Of a DNA stretch of 64,000 nt, positions 36,589-47,420 are shown in pieces. Each line of letters begins with the position of its first letter. Positions within the stretch are counted from its first letter, which is position 1. The position numbers and the translations under genes are program-made. The notes beneath the pieces are model-generated. The model had not been told where the DNA came from. It was given only the letters and a program-made list of their open reading frames with translations, and did no database searches. Source of the DNA: Fibrobacteria bacterium (lineage in GTDB: Bacteria; Fibrobacterota; Chitinivibrionia; Chitinivibrionales; FEN-1185). The stretch lies in contig JBBIGR010000020.1 of NCBI GenBank assembly GCA_037447435.1, positions 1 to 64,000 of the forward strand. The letters are read 5' to 3'.

Positions 36589-39570
36589 ATGAACCTAAAA
36601 AACGCTACAGCTAAAAGTAATCCTTTATTGGATGACTCTCCTGCGGGTTTGAGACGAACGGTCTTGCTCCTTTATTCAATGGTTGGTCCGGTTTTTGCCG
36701 CCCTCATTTTTGTTCAGAACCCGCATTTGACAATTCGATCGGCATTCATCGTTTTCATTATTTTGGCCGGAGCGCTGTGGACTTTTCTGCGGAAAAGTCC
36801 CAAAACCGCGGATTGGATTTTTCCGGTTTCCATCGGGCCGACGCTTTGTTGCGGACTCGGTTTTAGCGCCATTTTCGACGCAGGCCTTGTTTTTGTCGCC
36901 ATTTTAATCACGCCGCTTGTCTGGGCATCGGTTTTATTCCCGCTCCTTATCGTTATTTTGACTTGGATCACCGCGGTTGCAACTTGCTTTTATGCAATTT
37001 ACGTCCATACCGGAAATGCGACAAGCGCATTACGAAACGCGGTCGTATTTGCCCTGGTCGGCGGCACGGTCGCCTGGGTAGTGTATGTCAAGGCCCAGTA
37101 TCTTCGCGAGACCACGAAGCGGTTGCATACGAGGGATTCTCATTGGCAATCGCTATTCTCGTCCATTTCGGACGGAGTCGTCATTTTAAACCTCGGCGGG
37201 AGAATTATCGAATGCAATACTGCCGCAACTAAAATCCTGGGTTTCGAAAGCGGCGATTTATTGGGCAAGACTTTTAAGGAACTCGGACTCCATACTGTTC
37301 GTGAAGACGGTTCGACCATTCCGGAAAACCAATTTCCGGGAATGCTGGTTTTATCGACCGCCAAACCCGTTGCGGACGTCGTAATCGGATTGGAAAAACC
37401 CCAGGCAAAGACATTGTGGATTCGAATGAACGCCCAACCCATTTCCATTCCCGATTCCTCCAACCTTGCCGCAGTAGTTTTATCGTTCCACGACTTTTCT
37501 CTGAGGAAAAATACCGAAAAAACGTTACAGGCAAATGAGAAGCGGCTTCGGACCTATATAAGTTCATCGCCTATTGGAATTTTCGTCACCAATGAAATGG
37601 GCCGTTATCTCGAATGTAACCCGGCGGCGTGCAGGTTACTGGGCTATACCCGGGACGAAATCCTTCAAAAAAGCATTCCCGACATTCTGCACAAACAGGA
37701 AATTGCCGCCGGCATGGGGCTTTTCTCTTTATTAAAGGAACAAGGCAGCGCCACCGCGGAAATAAAACTGGTTGGTTCGAACGGCAGAAGCATTCCCGTT
37801 ATTCTCGATGCGGTCAAGCTGCCCGACGGGACCTTTATGGCGTTTTGCCGGGACATAACCGAACGGAAGCGCGTTGAAGACGAATTGCTTAATGCAAATA
37901 TTCATCTGGAAGAGGAAACGGCCCGCGCCAATGCGATGGCCGCCTGTGCGGAAGATGCAAATGCCGCCAAGACCAATTTTTTGGCAACTATGAGCCATGA
38001 AATCCGTACGCCCATGAACGGAATAGTGGGAATGACCGATCTGCTGCTCGACACGGAACTTTCCGATGTGCAGCGGCATTATGCCCAAGTTACCAAAAGC
38101 AGCGGCGAATCGCTTCTTGCTCTTGTCAACGACATTCTGGACTTTTCGAAAATCGAAGCGGGCAAATTGGAAATCGAAGACGTCGAATTCAATATAAAGG
38201 ATTTCCTGGAAAGCGGTTTTTCGGCTTTTGAATTTTTAGCCGGGAAAAAAGGCCTGTCTTTCGATTGCCAAATCGGCCCCCAGGTGCCTCTGTCGCTTAT
38301 CGGCGATCCGGTACGTTTGCGGCAAATCGTCACCAATTTGATCGGCAATGCGTTGAAATTCACCGAACGGGGCGGCATTTCGATCCGTTGTCTTTTGCAA
38401 GAGGATATGGCCGATTGCTGCCAATTGCGGTTTGAGATAATCGACACGGGTATAGGGATCGCATCGGAAAAACAGCATTTGCTTTTTAATGAATTTTCCC
38501 AGACCGATAGTAGTATTTCACGGAAGTTCGGAGGAACGGGGCTCGGACTCGCCATTTCGAAAAAATTAACCGGATTGATGGGCGGAGAAATCGGCGTATT
38601 AAGCGAGCTGGGCCGCGGCGCGACGTTCTGGTTTACCGTACGATGTAAAAAACAACCTGTCGCCCAATTCGCTTCTTCGAACCCCATACGCATATCCGCA
38701 CGGCCCGACACGGCTAATCGCGATGATTATAATGTGGGCAGGCCCGAGGCGAAAATCCTATTGGCGGAAGATAATCTCGCGAACCAGGAAGTGGCCGTGG
38801 GCATGCTGAAGAAATTGGGTTTCAGGTCCATAACGGTTTGTGAAAACGGCCGACAGGCTGTTTCGGCACTTGAACGTGATGATTTCGATATTGTTTTTAT
38901 GGATATGCAAATGCCGGAAATGGACGGCTTAACGGCTACCGCGGTTATCCGCGACATGAATTCAACCGTTCGCAACCATGATGTGCCGATTATTGCGATG
39001 ACCGCAAACGCCATGAAAGAAGATAGCGTCCGTTGCATCCAAAACGGCATGAACGATCATATTTCCAAACCCGTCGTTTTAAAAAAATTGAAAGACATTG
39101 TCGAAACATGGTTATGCACACCGATCGTTATTATTGCGCCGAAGGAAAATGATATAATCGGCGCCGGGAAAACAGGCACCGATGACGGACGCACAACAAC
39201 GACACCCGGTGAAAACGATCCGTTGATTTTTAATTATCGGGGATTACTTGAGCGGGTCATGGACGATTCGGCTTTGGCGCTCAAGGTATTGCAGGTTTTT
39301 TTACGGGAAACGCCGAAGCAGATCATCGAAATGAAAAAAAAACTGTCCGAGGGTAATGCATTGCGCACAGGGGAGCTTGCCCACAGCATTAAAGGCGCGG
39401 CCGCAAATATTTGCCTTGAGCGATTCCGGCGCGTGGCCCTGCAGATGGAAACCGCGGGAAAGTCCGGTGATTTGGCCGCTGCCCGGGCCCTGATTCCGGA
39501 TTTTGACGGGAATTTCCATAGTGCGGTCAAAGAAATACAAAGCAAAATAAACACGGGTTTTTCACAATGA
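36589..39570 (+). CDS. Membrane hybrid histidine kinase (TMs-PAS-PAS-HisKA-HATPase-REC-HPt)
   Basis: MSHEIRTPMNG, NLIGNALKFT, GGTGLGL, FMDMQMPEMDG, AHSIKGAA. Confidence 0.95.
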   Translation: MNLKNATAKSNPLLDDSPAGLRRTVLLLYSMVGPVFAALIFVQNPHLTIRSAFIVFIILAGALWTFLRKSPKTADWIFPVSIGPTLCCGLGFSAIFDAGLVFVAILITPLVWASVLFPLLIVILTWITAVATCFYAIYVHTGNATSALRNAVVFALVGGTVAWVVYVKAQYLRETTKRLHTRDSHWQSLFSSISDGVVILNLGGRIIECNTAATKILGFESGDLLGKTFKELGLHTVREDGSTIPENQFPGMLVLSTAKPVADVVIGLEKPQAKTLWIRMNAQPISIPDSSNLAAVVLSFHDFSLRKNTEKTLQANEKRLRTYISSSPIGIFVTNEMGRYLECNPAACRLLGYTRDEILQKSIPDILHKQEIAAGMGLFSLLKEQGSATAEIKLVGSNGRSIPVILDAVKLPDGTFMAFCRDITERKRVEDELLNANIHLEEETARANAMAACAEDANAAKTNFLATMSHEIRTPMNGIVGMTDLLLDTELSDVQRHYAQVTKSSGESLLALVNDILDFSKIEAGKLEIEDVEFNIKDFLESGFSAFEFLAGKKGLSFDCQIGPQVPLSLIGDPVRLRQIVTNLIGNALKFTERGGISIRCLLQEDMADCCQLRFEIIDTGIGIASEKQHLLFNEFSQTDSSISRKFGGTGLGLAISKKLTGLMGGEIGVLSELGRGATFWFTVRCKKQPVAQFASSNPIRISARPDTANRDDYNVGRPEAKILLAEDNLANQEVAVGMLKKLGFRSITVCENGRQAVSALERDDFDIVFMDMQMPEMDGLTATAVIRDMNSTVRNHDVPIIAMTANAMKEDSVRCIQNGMNDHISKPVVLKKLKDIVETWLCTPIVIIAPKENDIIGAGKTGTDDGRTTTTPGENDPLIFNYRGLLERVMDDSALALKVLQVFLRETPKQIIEMKKKLSEGNALRTGELAHSIKGAAANICLERFRRVALQMETAGKSGDLAAARALIPDFDGNFHSAVKEIQSKINTGFSQ

Positions 39571-39607
39571 CCGATTCTGGGATTCCATCGACAGGTAGTA
39601 TTCTACA

Positions 39608-40822
39608 ATGTTAAAAACAATTTATATCGCCGACGACAATGCCGTGGACAGGATGATATTGCAAGCCACGTTGCAAAAAATGGGTTTTGAGGTGACCGCT
39701 TTTTCATCGGGCATTGCAATATATGAGGCGCTGAGAAAAGCCGATCAACCGCTTATTGCGCTTTTGGATTGGCTCATGCCCGACAGGAACGGTGTCGATA
39801 TTTGCAACGATTTGTCCCTGGATCCTCCGCAATCTCCGTTGCATACCATTATTGTGACGAGCCGTACCGATAAAAGCGACGTTGCCTTCGCGCTTGAAAA
39901 CGGCGCCGACGACTTTGTCGCCAAGCCCCTGGACCTTGCCGAATTGCGCGCCAGGATCAATGTCGGAATACGATTGCTGACGTTTCGGCAGCAATTGCTT
40001 GACAGTAACGAACGCCTGCTCGACCACACGAAGATCGTCGAAGAGTTGGCAGCAGCCCGCGCAGAACAGCTCATTCGCGCCGACCGGTTAAGCACCATCG
40101 GAATACTCAGCGCGGGAATTGCCCATGAGATCAACAATCCGACGTCGTTTGTTTCGGTCAATATACAAACCCTGGAAGAAAACCTGCCGGTGCTGAATTC
40201 CGCAATGAACGATTATCCGTCGGAGGAACAAAAGCAGATGGCGCGGTTTTTCCTCGCGACATTCCCGGAAATCGTTGGAGAAATGAAAAACGGTATCGCG
40301 CGGATACGGAATATCGTGAACGGATTGAAAACCTATGCATATGCGGGGCCGGAAAAACACGACTGGTTCATTATCGACGATTGCATCGAATCGGCATTGC
40401 AGCTGTGCGCCAACAGGCTGAAATACCACGTGACGGTACGGAAACAATTTGCCGCGCCCCTTCGGGTGCACGGGGACAAATATCAAATCGAACAAGTGTT
40501 TGTCAACTTGTTCACGAATGCCGCCGACGCCATTGAGGAAACCGGCACGGACGGTACGCTCGAACTTTCCACCGAGTATTCGAATGAAAAAGTGATCGTT
40601 TCAATTCACGACACCGGCCCCGGAATCCCGGCTGGCGCATTGGAAAAGATATTCATGCCCTTTTACACGACGAAAGCGATTGGTAAAGGGACGGGGCTCG
40701 GCCTTTCGATAAGCAAAAACATCATTACGGACCACAAGGGTGAATTGATTGTCGAGAACCACCCCGGTGGCGGCGCGTTGTTTTTGATCACATTGCCCAC
40801 GAAAAAAGAAGGAACAGTATGA
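39608..40822 (+). CDS. REC-histidine kinase
   Basis: IADD, LDWLMP, AHEINNP, NAADA, GKGTGLGL. Confidence 0.93.
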   Translation: MLKTIYIADDNAVDRMILQATLQKMGFEVTAFSSGIAIYEALRKADQPLIALLDWLMPDRNGVDICNDLSLDPPQSPLHTIIVTSRTDKSDVAFALENGADDFVAKPLDLAELRARINVGIRLLTFRQQLLDSNERLLDHTKIVEELAAARAEQLIRADRLSTIGILSAGIAHEINNPTSFVSVNIQTLEENLPVLNSAMNDYPSEEQKQMARFFLATFPEIVGEMKNGIARIRNIVNGLKTYAYAGPEKHDWFIIDDCIESALQLCANRLKYHVTVRKQFAAPLRVHGDKYQIEQVFVNLFTNAADAIEETGTDGTLELSTEYSNEKVIVSIHDTGPGIPAGALEKIFMPFYTTKAIGKGTGLGLSISKNIITDHKGELIVENHPGGGALFLITLPTKKEGTV

Positions 40823-41250
40823 ACGCCAAACTATTGATTGTCGACGATGAACCGGATATACGCAATTCCCTGTCGCGCCGCTATAAATTGAAAGGCTATG
40901 AAGTCGAGACCGCCGACGGCGGACAATCCGCTTTGGCCTTATTGGAACAAAAACCGTTTCAGGTCGTCATTTCGGACATAAAGATGCCCGGGATAGACGG
41001 TATAGAATTGCTTCGCCGTATCCGGATCGAATATCCCATGACGCGGGTCATCATGATGACCGGATATGTGACGCTTGAAAACGGGTTGGCATGCCTGCGC
41101 CACGGTGCCGACACCTGCATTTTTAAGCCGTTGGAAGACCTTGGCGAAATGGACGAGGCGATTAACAAAGCGGAGTGTTACCTGCAGCATTGGGAAAAAA
41201 AGCTACTGCAGCTTAAGGGAATGGGATCAAAAAGCGGGGTAAGACGATGA
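40819..41250 (+). CDS. Single-domain response regulator
   Basis: LIVDDE, SDIKMPG, MTGY, FKP. Confidence 0.92.
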   Translation: MNAKLLIVDDEPDIRNSLSRRYKLKGYEVETADGGQSALALLEQKPFQVVISDIKMPGIDGIELLRRIRIEYPMTRVIMMTGYVTLENGLACLRHGADTCIFKPLEDLGEMDEAINKAECYLQHWEKKLLQLKGMGSKSGVRR

Positions 41251-43328
41251 ACGCAAGCGATGTGAATAACGAACTGCTGATCGGATTCATCGATGAGTCG
41301 ATAGATTCTCTCATAGCAGTCGACAGCCTCTTTGTACAATTGGAAGCCGCGCCGGCGGACATCGACCTGGTCAATTCGATATTCAGGCCCATTCATTCGT
41401 TAAAGGGAAATGCCGCCTATTTCGGATTGATGAAAATTAAAAAGCTCAGCCATACAATGGAAAATCTGCTTGACAAAATACGAAAAGGCCAGAGCCGGGC
41501 CGATCGTACAAGCATCGATTCCCTTTTGCCCGGCGTCGATTGTCTTAGGTCTATGCTTTCCAACGTGCGGAACGGTGAAGAGGAAATTTCGGACGAGCAA
41601 CCGTTGAGTGCCATTCTTGCGCACCTGGAAAACGTACTCGGCACTGCGGCAATGCCGTCGAGCAAGGATGCGATTTCGACCATAAGCGAATTGCTCGGTG
41701 AAATACGGAAAAACATGTCCGGCACGTCCGTAAGCGCGGTTGACAATCTTGTAAAGGCATTGGCCTCCGTACCCGGATTATCCGCCTTGGGCACGGCAAC
41801 GGCAAAAAGCGAAGCCGTATCTGAGGGCAAACAGCCGCTTAAGGGGGCGGCCGGGAAGCTGCATGAAATACTGACAAGTAATAAGTCTCTGCGGAAAAAC
41901 AAGGACCTAACCGCTTTGGTGGGGGAATTGATAACAACGATGCGCGACGAGCATAAGCAGGGGCTTGCGGCAAGGGCGGTTGAGGAAATTTTTGATATTT
42001 ATGAAACATTCACGCATACGGAAAGCGGCATCGACGAACTCGCGATTTCGATGATGCAGGAAAAGCTGCCCGCCTGCGTTTCGGACACGAATCAACAGAC
42101 TGCATCGAACGCCTCGGAACCGCAAAAAAACAAGGCCGAAACAAAAGTCAAGCACGATAAAACCATGCGGATTCCCGAACAATCGCTGGACGATTTTTTA
42201 CGATGCGTCGGCGAACTTTTAGGCGTTGAAGAAATGCTGCGGAATTTGATGCGGCTCAGCAATGCCGGTGCCGAAGAAAATATTATTGCCGCGAATCTCA
42301 AGGACGCCGTAACCCAATTTGAAGGCATTTCCAAGGAATTGCGGACAAAAATAATGGAAGTGCGAAAAGTTGAAGCCGGCATACTGCTCCAGAAAACGCC
42401 GCGGATAGTCCGCGACATTTCGACGCAATCGGGAAAGAAAATCAATGTCGAATGTATCGGCACCGAATTGCACATTGATAAAAGTTACATCGATTTGCTC
42501 GATGCGCCGCTGACGCATATGGTCAGAAACGCGGCGGATCACGGTATCGAATTGCCGCAGGTCCGTACGGACGCCGGAAAAAATGACACCGGGACCGTTA
42601 CCGTCACGTTGCAGGAAAACGGCAATGATTTGCAATTGATTATTACCGACGACGGCGCGGGGCTCAATTACGAGGGATTGCAAAAAAAGGCGGTCGGCCT
42701 GGGCATTGTCGCGGCAAACACGCAATTGTCAAAAAGCCAGATCGTGGATTTGCTTTTTATGAGCGGCGTTTCGACTGCAACGGTCGTGACCGACGTTTCG
42801 GGCAGGGGCGTCGGCATGGATGTCGTGAAACGCGCCATCGACAGCGCGGGCGGAAAAATAGATGTCGTCAGCGTGCCGGGAAAAGGCACGACGTTCACCG
42901 TTTCCGTGCCGCGAAACGCAAGCACGCAAATTCTTGACGGATATTCGGTGCGCAGCTTTTCGGGCGACGTATACGTTTTGCCGATAGATTGCGTTGTGGA
43001 AGCCTTTAACATTTCCCCAAACGAGGTCTCGACGGTCACCGGCAAGGGGAAAATCATCAGCCGGCGGAATCTTGTATTCGCCGTATACACGCTCGACAAC
43101 CTGCTGGGAATTCCCGCGGAAAGCCAGGACATCACCATGGGCGTCCTTATCGAATTTAAGGGAAAAAAAGCGGTCATTGCGGTCAAGGAAATCATGGGAA
43201 TACAAAAAGTGGTTTGCAAGCCGGTTGAAGGGAACGTCCTTGATAATGAATTATACGAGGGCGCCGCCATCAGCGGGACCGGTTACGTATCGATGATTGT
43301 CAATATGGAGAACCTTCTCGATATATAA
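41247..43328 (+). CDS. cheA: Chemotaxis histidine kinase CheA
   Basis: HPt IFRPIHSLKG, HMVRNAADHGIE, DDGAG, SGRGVGMDVV, C-terminal CheW-like domain. Confidence 0.92.
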   Translation: MNASDVNNELLIGFIDESIDSLIAVDSLFVQLEAAPADIDLVNSIFRPIHSLKGNAAYFGLMKIKKLSHTMENLLDKIRKGQSRADRTSIDSLLPGVDCLRSMLSNVRNGEEEISDEQPLSAILAHLENVLGTAAMPSSKDAISTISELLGEIRKNMSGTSVSAVDNLVKALASVPGLSALGTATAKSEAVSEGKQPLKGAAGKLHEILTSNKSLRKNKDLTALVGELITTMRDEHKQGLAARAVEEIFDIYETFTHTESGIDELAISMMQEKLPACVSDTNQQTASNASEPQKNKAETKVKHDKTMRIPEQSLDDFLRCVGELLGVEEMLRNLMRLSNAGAEENIIAANLKDAVTQFEGISKELRTKIMEVRKVEAGILLQKTPRIVRDISTQSGKKINVECIGTELHIDKSYIDLLDAPLTHMVRNAADHGIELPQVRTDAGKNDTGTVTVTLQENGNDLQLIITDDGAGLNYEGLQKKAVGLGIVAANTQLSKSQIVDLLFMSGVSTATVVTDVSGRGVGMDVVKRAIDSAGGKIDVVSVPGKGTTFTVSVPRNASTQILDGYSVRSFSGDVYVLPIDCVVEAFNISPNEVSTVTGKGKIISRRNLVFAVYTLDNLLGIPAESQDITMGVLIEFKGKKAVIAVKEIMGIQKVVCKPVEGNVLDNELYEGAAISGTGYVSMIVNMENLLDI

Positions 43329-43353
43329 ATAGCCAGAGGCAAAAATAACAACC

Positions 43354-43974
43354 ATGCGCGTTATTAATCTTGCGGCCACCAGGGGTACGGTGTATACCAG
43401 CAATGCGTTTCTGGTTCTCGGCGATTACAGTACAATCGCGGATGTCAATACGCTGGTCGATACCGGCAGCGATCCCGCAATATTGGAGCAGCTCGCCAAG
43501 GCGCCGACCGGGGTCGGAAAGCGCCCCGTCGAACAGGTGATATTGACGCATAGCCATTCCGACCATTTGCTGCTTTTGCCTAAAATACGTGAATTATATA
43601 ATCCGGTCGTGTACGCGCATTCCGCGTTTGCCGATGCCGATGTCGTGGTAAAAGACGGCCAAACGATTCGCTGCGGAGACCGTTCGCTCGAAGTGATATA
43701 CACGCCGGGGCACAGCGATGATTCGATTTGTTTATTTTGCGCTGAAGACGGTTCGTTGTTTGTCGGCGACACATGCGTCGTGATCCGGTCTACCGAAGGT
43801 ACGTTTGATAAGCGGTTCGTGGAGGCGCTGGAGCGATTATGCCGACGTAACGTACAAAAAATTTACTTTGGGCACGATATGGTGCTTGACAAGGGGGCCG
43901 CAAACGTATTGCGGGAATCCTTGGAAAATATTCGTATCGCGGTGCGAAAAAAAACGAACCGTGCTACGCTCTGA
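43354..43974 (+). CDS. Metallo-beta-lactamase-fold hydrolase
   Basis: VDTG, THSHSDH, TPGHS, VGD, FGH. Confidence 0.9.
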   Translation: MRVINLAATRGTVYTSNAFLVLGDYSTIADVNTLVDTGSDPAILEQLAKAPTGVGKRPVEQVILTHSHSDHLLLLPKIRELYNPVVYAHSAFADADVVVKDGQTIRCGDRSLEVIYTPGHSDDSICLFCAEDGSLFVGDTCVVIRSTEGTFDKRFVEALERLCRRNVQKIYFGHDMVLDKGAANVLRESLENIRIAVRKKTNRATL

Positions 43975-44125
43975 TTGTGAGAACAGAGATCTTGTTTTTT
44001 ATAGGCAATATGCGCCAAAAATCGTATACTTTTATGAGTGATTGAGCCGGGAACAGCCCTGTTTTATTCGCAGTGCGTATGAACTGCCCCGAAACCATGC
44101 GACTTGTGCGATCGGAATTATTCGA

Positions 44126-46114
44126 ATGAACGACGCGGTTTCACCGATAAAAAGTGAAAATAAATTCAGAGCGATTTTTGAAGCTATGCCTGCCGGTTGC
44201 AGTTATAATGAAGTCGTGTATAACAACGGAATTGCCGTCGATTACCGCATTTGCGAAATAAACGCTGCTTATGAAAAAATACTCGGCTTGGCGCGGGCAG
44301 GTATAACGGGTAAATTGGCTTCGGAAGTTTACAGTTCCGAAAAAATTCCGTTTTTGGAAATATATTCCAAGGTTGCCGAAACAGGCGTTCCGCAAACCTT
44401 TGAAGCGTATTTTGAGCCGGCAAAAAAATTTTTACACATAGATGCATGCTCTCCTGAAAAAGGTGCGTTTTCCACGGCAGTTTCCGACATTTCGACGCGT
44501 AAACATGTGGAAATTTTGAGTAAATCCGTGCTTTCCGCTTTGCAAAGCAGCGAATTAAAGCAAAAAGCCATGATATCGAATATTTCCGATGTTATCGGCA
44601 TCATCGATTCGAACGGAATCGTGAAGTATAAAAGCGACAACATCGAGAAATGGTTCGGATGGAAGCCGCAAGAATTGGTAGGCGGCAACGCTTTTGTGAT
44701 GGTTCACCCGGACGATATGGAGCGGTTGCAAAAAGAATTTCTCGGTTTACTTGAAAACGACGGCACAATTAAAACCTTTGAATTCCGTTATAAATGCAAG
44801 GCTGAAAATTATGAATGGGTCGAGCTGACGGCGATAAATATGATAAAAGACCCGGTCATAAACGGCATATTGATAAATTACCATGTCATTACCAGGCGGA
44901 AACTTGCCGAACAGGCGCTTTTGGAAAGCGAGGATCGCCTGCGGCGATCCGAAAAAATGGAGGCCATCGGGCAGCTTGCCGGCGGCATTGCCCACGATTT
45001 CAACAATGTGCTGGGCGGCATCATCGGGTATACCGATATGTCGCTTGATTTTGCCGAAAAAGGTTCTGCTTTGGAAAGTTATTTAGGCAAGGTTCTAACG
45101 GCTTCGGAACGGGCAAAAAACCTGATACGCCAAATATTGACTTTCAGCCGTCAAAGCAATCATCGGAAATCGCTGATTGCCGTTGGTCCGGTCGTCCAAG
45201 AAGTGTTGGAACTGCTCAATGCTTCGATTCCTTCGTCCGTACATATCGATGCGCAACTGGCAAAGGACACAAAACCCGTATTTGCGGATCCGACGACGAT
45301 TCAGGAGGTACTGCTGAATTTGGCGACAAATGCGGTCTATGCAATGAAAAACAAGGGCGTCCTGACCATTGCGCTGTACCATACAAAACTAGACAAAGAA
45401 GAGTGTTGCAGGATAGGGAAGCTTGCCGCCGGGGAATATACGGTATTGGAAGTGCGCGATACGGGTTGCGGCATGGACGCGCAGACGCTGGAAAAGGCGT
45501 TCGAGCCGTTCTTTACCACAAAACCGGTAGGCGACGGAACCGGCATGGGTCTTTCGGTCGTTTTCGGCATCGTTCATTCGCACGGCGGCGATTTACAAGT
45601 CGAAACCGCACTTGGAAAAGGGACCGCTTTCAGGATCTTCCTGCCCGTATCGCCGGATTCTGTTTTGGAAAACGCCGACAACGATACCGCCGCGTGCCGC
45701 GGCAATTTTGAACGGATACTGTTTGTCGATGACGAAACCATGCTGGTTGAAATGGCTCAGAAAATGTTGACGCAACTCGGCTATAGCGTTATCGGAATGT
45801 CGAGCAGCGTCGACGCCTTGCAATTCATAAAAGAAAATCCCCGCGGCATCGACGTGCTTATTACGGACCAGACCATGCCCGATTTGACCGGAGTCGAGCT
45901 CGCTAAAGCCGCCTTAAAAATCCGAAAAGACCTTCCTATAGTCCTTTGTACCGGCTATAGCAGCGAAATAAATCCCGACCGCGCCTTTGCTTTGGGCATC
46001 GGCAAAATGATGTTGAAACCCATACATCGGGGGCAATTTGCACAGACGCTGAGTGCTTTACTATATAGGAAAAAGGAGAATGGCAGTGGCGAAAATACTG
46101 GTAATCGACGATGA
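44126..46114 (+). CDS. Cytoplasmic PAS-PAS hybrid histidine kinase (CckA-like) with REC
   Basis: AHDFNN, NLATNA, FFTTK, GTGMGL, FVDDE, TDQTMP. Confidence 0.93.
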   Translation: MNDAVSPIKSENKFRAIFEAMPAGCSYNEVVYNNGIAVDYRICEINAAYEKILGLARAGITGKLASEVYSSEKIPFLEIYSKVAETGVPQTFEAYFEPAKKFLHIDACSPEKGAFSTAVSDISTRKHVEILSKSVLSALQSSELKQKAMISNISDVIGIIDSNGIVKYKSDNIEKWFGWKPQELVGGNAFVMVHPDDMERLQKEFLGLLENDGTIKTFEFRYKCKAENYEWVELTAINMIKDPVINGILINYHVITRRKLAEQALLESEDRLRRSEKMEAIGQLAGGIAHDFNNVLGGIIGYTDMSLDFAEKGSALESYLGKVLTASERAKNLIRQILTFSRQSNHRKSLIAVGPVVQEVLELLNASIPSSVHIDAQLAKDTKPVFADPTTIQEVLLNLATNAVYAMKNKGVLTIALYHTKLDKEECCRIGKLAAGEYTVLEVRDTGCGMDAQTLEKAFEPFFTTKPVGDGTGMGLSVVFGIVHSHGGDLQVETALGKGTAFRIFLPVSPDSVLENADNDTAACRGNFERILFVDDETMLVEMAQKMLTQLGYSVIGMSSSVDALQFIKENPRGIDVLITDQTMPDLTGVELAKAALKIRKDLPIVLCTGYSSEINPDRAFALGIGKMMLKPIHRGQFAQTLSALLYRKKENGSGENTGNRR

Positions 46115-46466
46115 TGAGATTATGAACAGCATGCTTTTGCAACTGTTGACAAATGCAGGTCACTCGGTCTGCGGCGCGCCCGACGGGCGAATCGGGCTCG
46201 AACTGTTTCAGGACAAGCGGTTCGACCTTGTCGTTACCGACATCGTGATGCCGGAAAAAGAGGGGTTGGAATTGATTTTAGGTATCCGGAAACAGAACAA
46301 AAAAATACCCATCATAGCGATTTCGGGCGGCGGAAGAATGCGTCCCGAAGGGTATTTGTCGTTGGCGCAGAAATTCGGTGCCGATTACACGTTTGAAAAA
46401 CCTATCGACAAGGAACGCTTTCTCGCCGCAATACGGGAATGTCTGGAAGAAAATACGGCGGGATGA
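46080..46466 (+). CDS. Single-domain response regulator
   Basis: LVIDDD, TDIVMPEKEG, AISGGG, EKP. Confidence 0.92.
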   Translation: MAVAKILVIDDDEIMNSMLLQLLTNAGHSVCGAPDGRIGLELFQDKRFDLVVTDIVMPEKEGLELILGIRKQNKKIPIIAISGGGRMRPEGYLSLAQKFGADYTFEKPIDKERFLAAIRECLEENTAG

Positions 46467-46471
46467 ATCGT

Positions 46472-47398
46472 TTACGGTTTTCGGAGGGGGCGGAAATGAT
46501 CTTCGGTCAAGGTATACGCCTCCTTGTATAATTTTTCTATAAGTCCTTTTTTCAGCCGATTCTCCGCGTTTCTGCCGCGATTGAGTTCCATTTCCAGGCA
46601 TGTCACCGCATGGTCGGGGTCTCTTATGCACGACATCATCGCCTGTTTGGAAAGAATATAACCAACCGGACAGTCGAAATGATTGCCCATAAGTTCCCTG
46701 AACACCCATACGGCCGCCGCAGCCCGGCGTTGCGCGGGGCGCAATCGTTTGTAGCCGGGAAACTTGGCCCGGTAATGCAGCATATGGTCGATGGTGAAAT
46801 CCTTCTTGGTAAGTGCGACGCACTGCTGCGTATACGCATCGAATTTATTTTCCGCGTGAAGGCGTTCGGCAATGGATTGCTCGACGGTCAACAGGTCGAC
46901 CACGTCGTTTATCGCATATTCCAGCAAGACCGGGTTTATCGGCCGCTTGAGCCAATTGGCGCGTTGGTATTTGTCCTTTAATTTTTTATCGATATTCAGG
47001 TGGTCTGAAATGTTAATTGGCAGGTTGAGCAGTTTTTGTCCTATCGCAATGTCCCGGACCGGCGAAATCGTGCACCCAAGGATGTTTTGCGTCATGAACA
47101 GATCGTTTGCGCATGAGAACATGACCTTGGTTATTGCCGAATCGGTCAATAAATCGCGCAGGGCCGCCGCATTCCCGGTTTTCAATACGTCGATTATTAC
47201 GGCCTCTTTGCCGTCGAAGCATTGAAAAACGGATATCGAATACCTGTAGCGAATGCTTCCCTGGTCTCCTTCCATGTCCAAGGCGATTCTACCGATATTG
47301 CGTTTTTGAATATCGCTGAGATAGTCGATCAGGTCTTTTTCGCTGTCGATGTATCGATGAGGTTTTGCCGTTTGCGTTTGAGCGGAATTTTGTTGCAT
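46472..47398 (-). CDS. RNase D-like 3'-5' exonuclease with HRDC
   Basis: ALDMEG, ANWLKRP, YAINDV, REL...DCPVGYIL. Confidence 0.8.
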   Translation of the reverse strand: MQQNSAQTQTAKPHRYIDSEKDLIDYLSDIQKRNIGRIALDMEGDQGSIRYRYSISVFQCFDGKEAVIIDVLKTGNAAALRDLLTDSAITKVMFSCANDLFMTQNILGCTISPVRDIAIGQKLLNLPINISDHLNIDKKLKDKYQRANWLKRPINPVLLEYAINDVVDLLTVEQSIAERLHAENKFDAYTQQCVALTKKDFTIDHMLHYRAKFPGYKRLRPAQRRAAAAVWVFRELMGNHFDCPVGYILSKQAMMSCIRDPDHAVTCLEMELNRGRNAENRLKKGLIEKLYKEAYTLTEDHFRPLRKP

Positions 47399-47420
47399 TG
47401 TTTATTTACTGTAAATCAAT

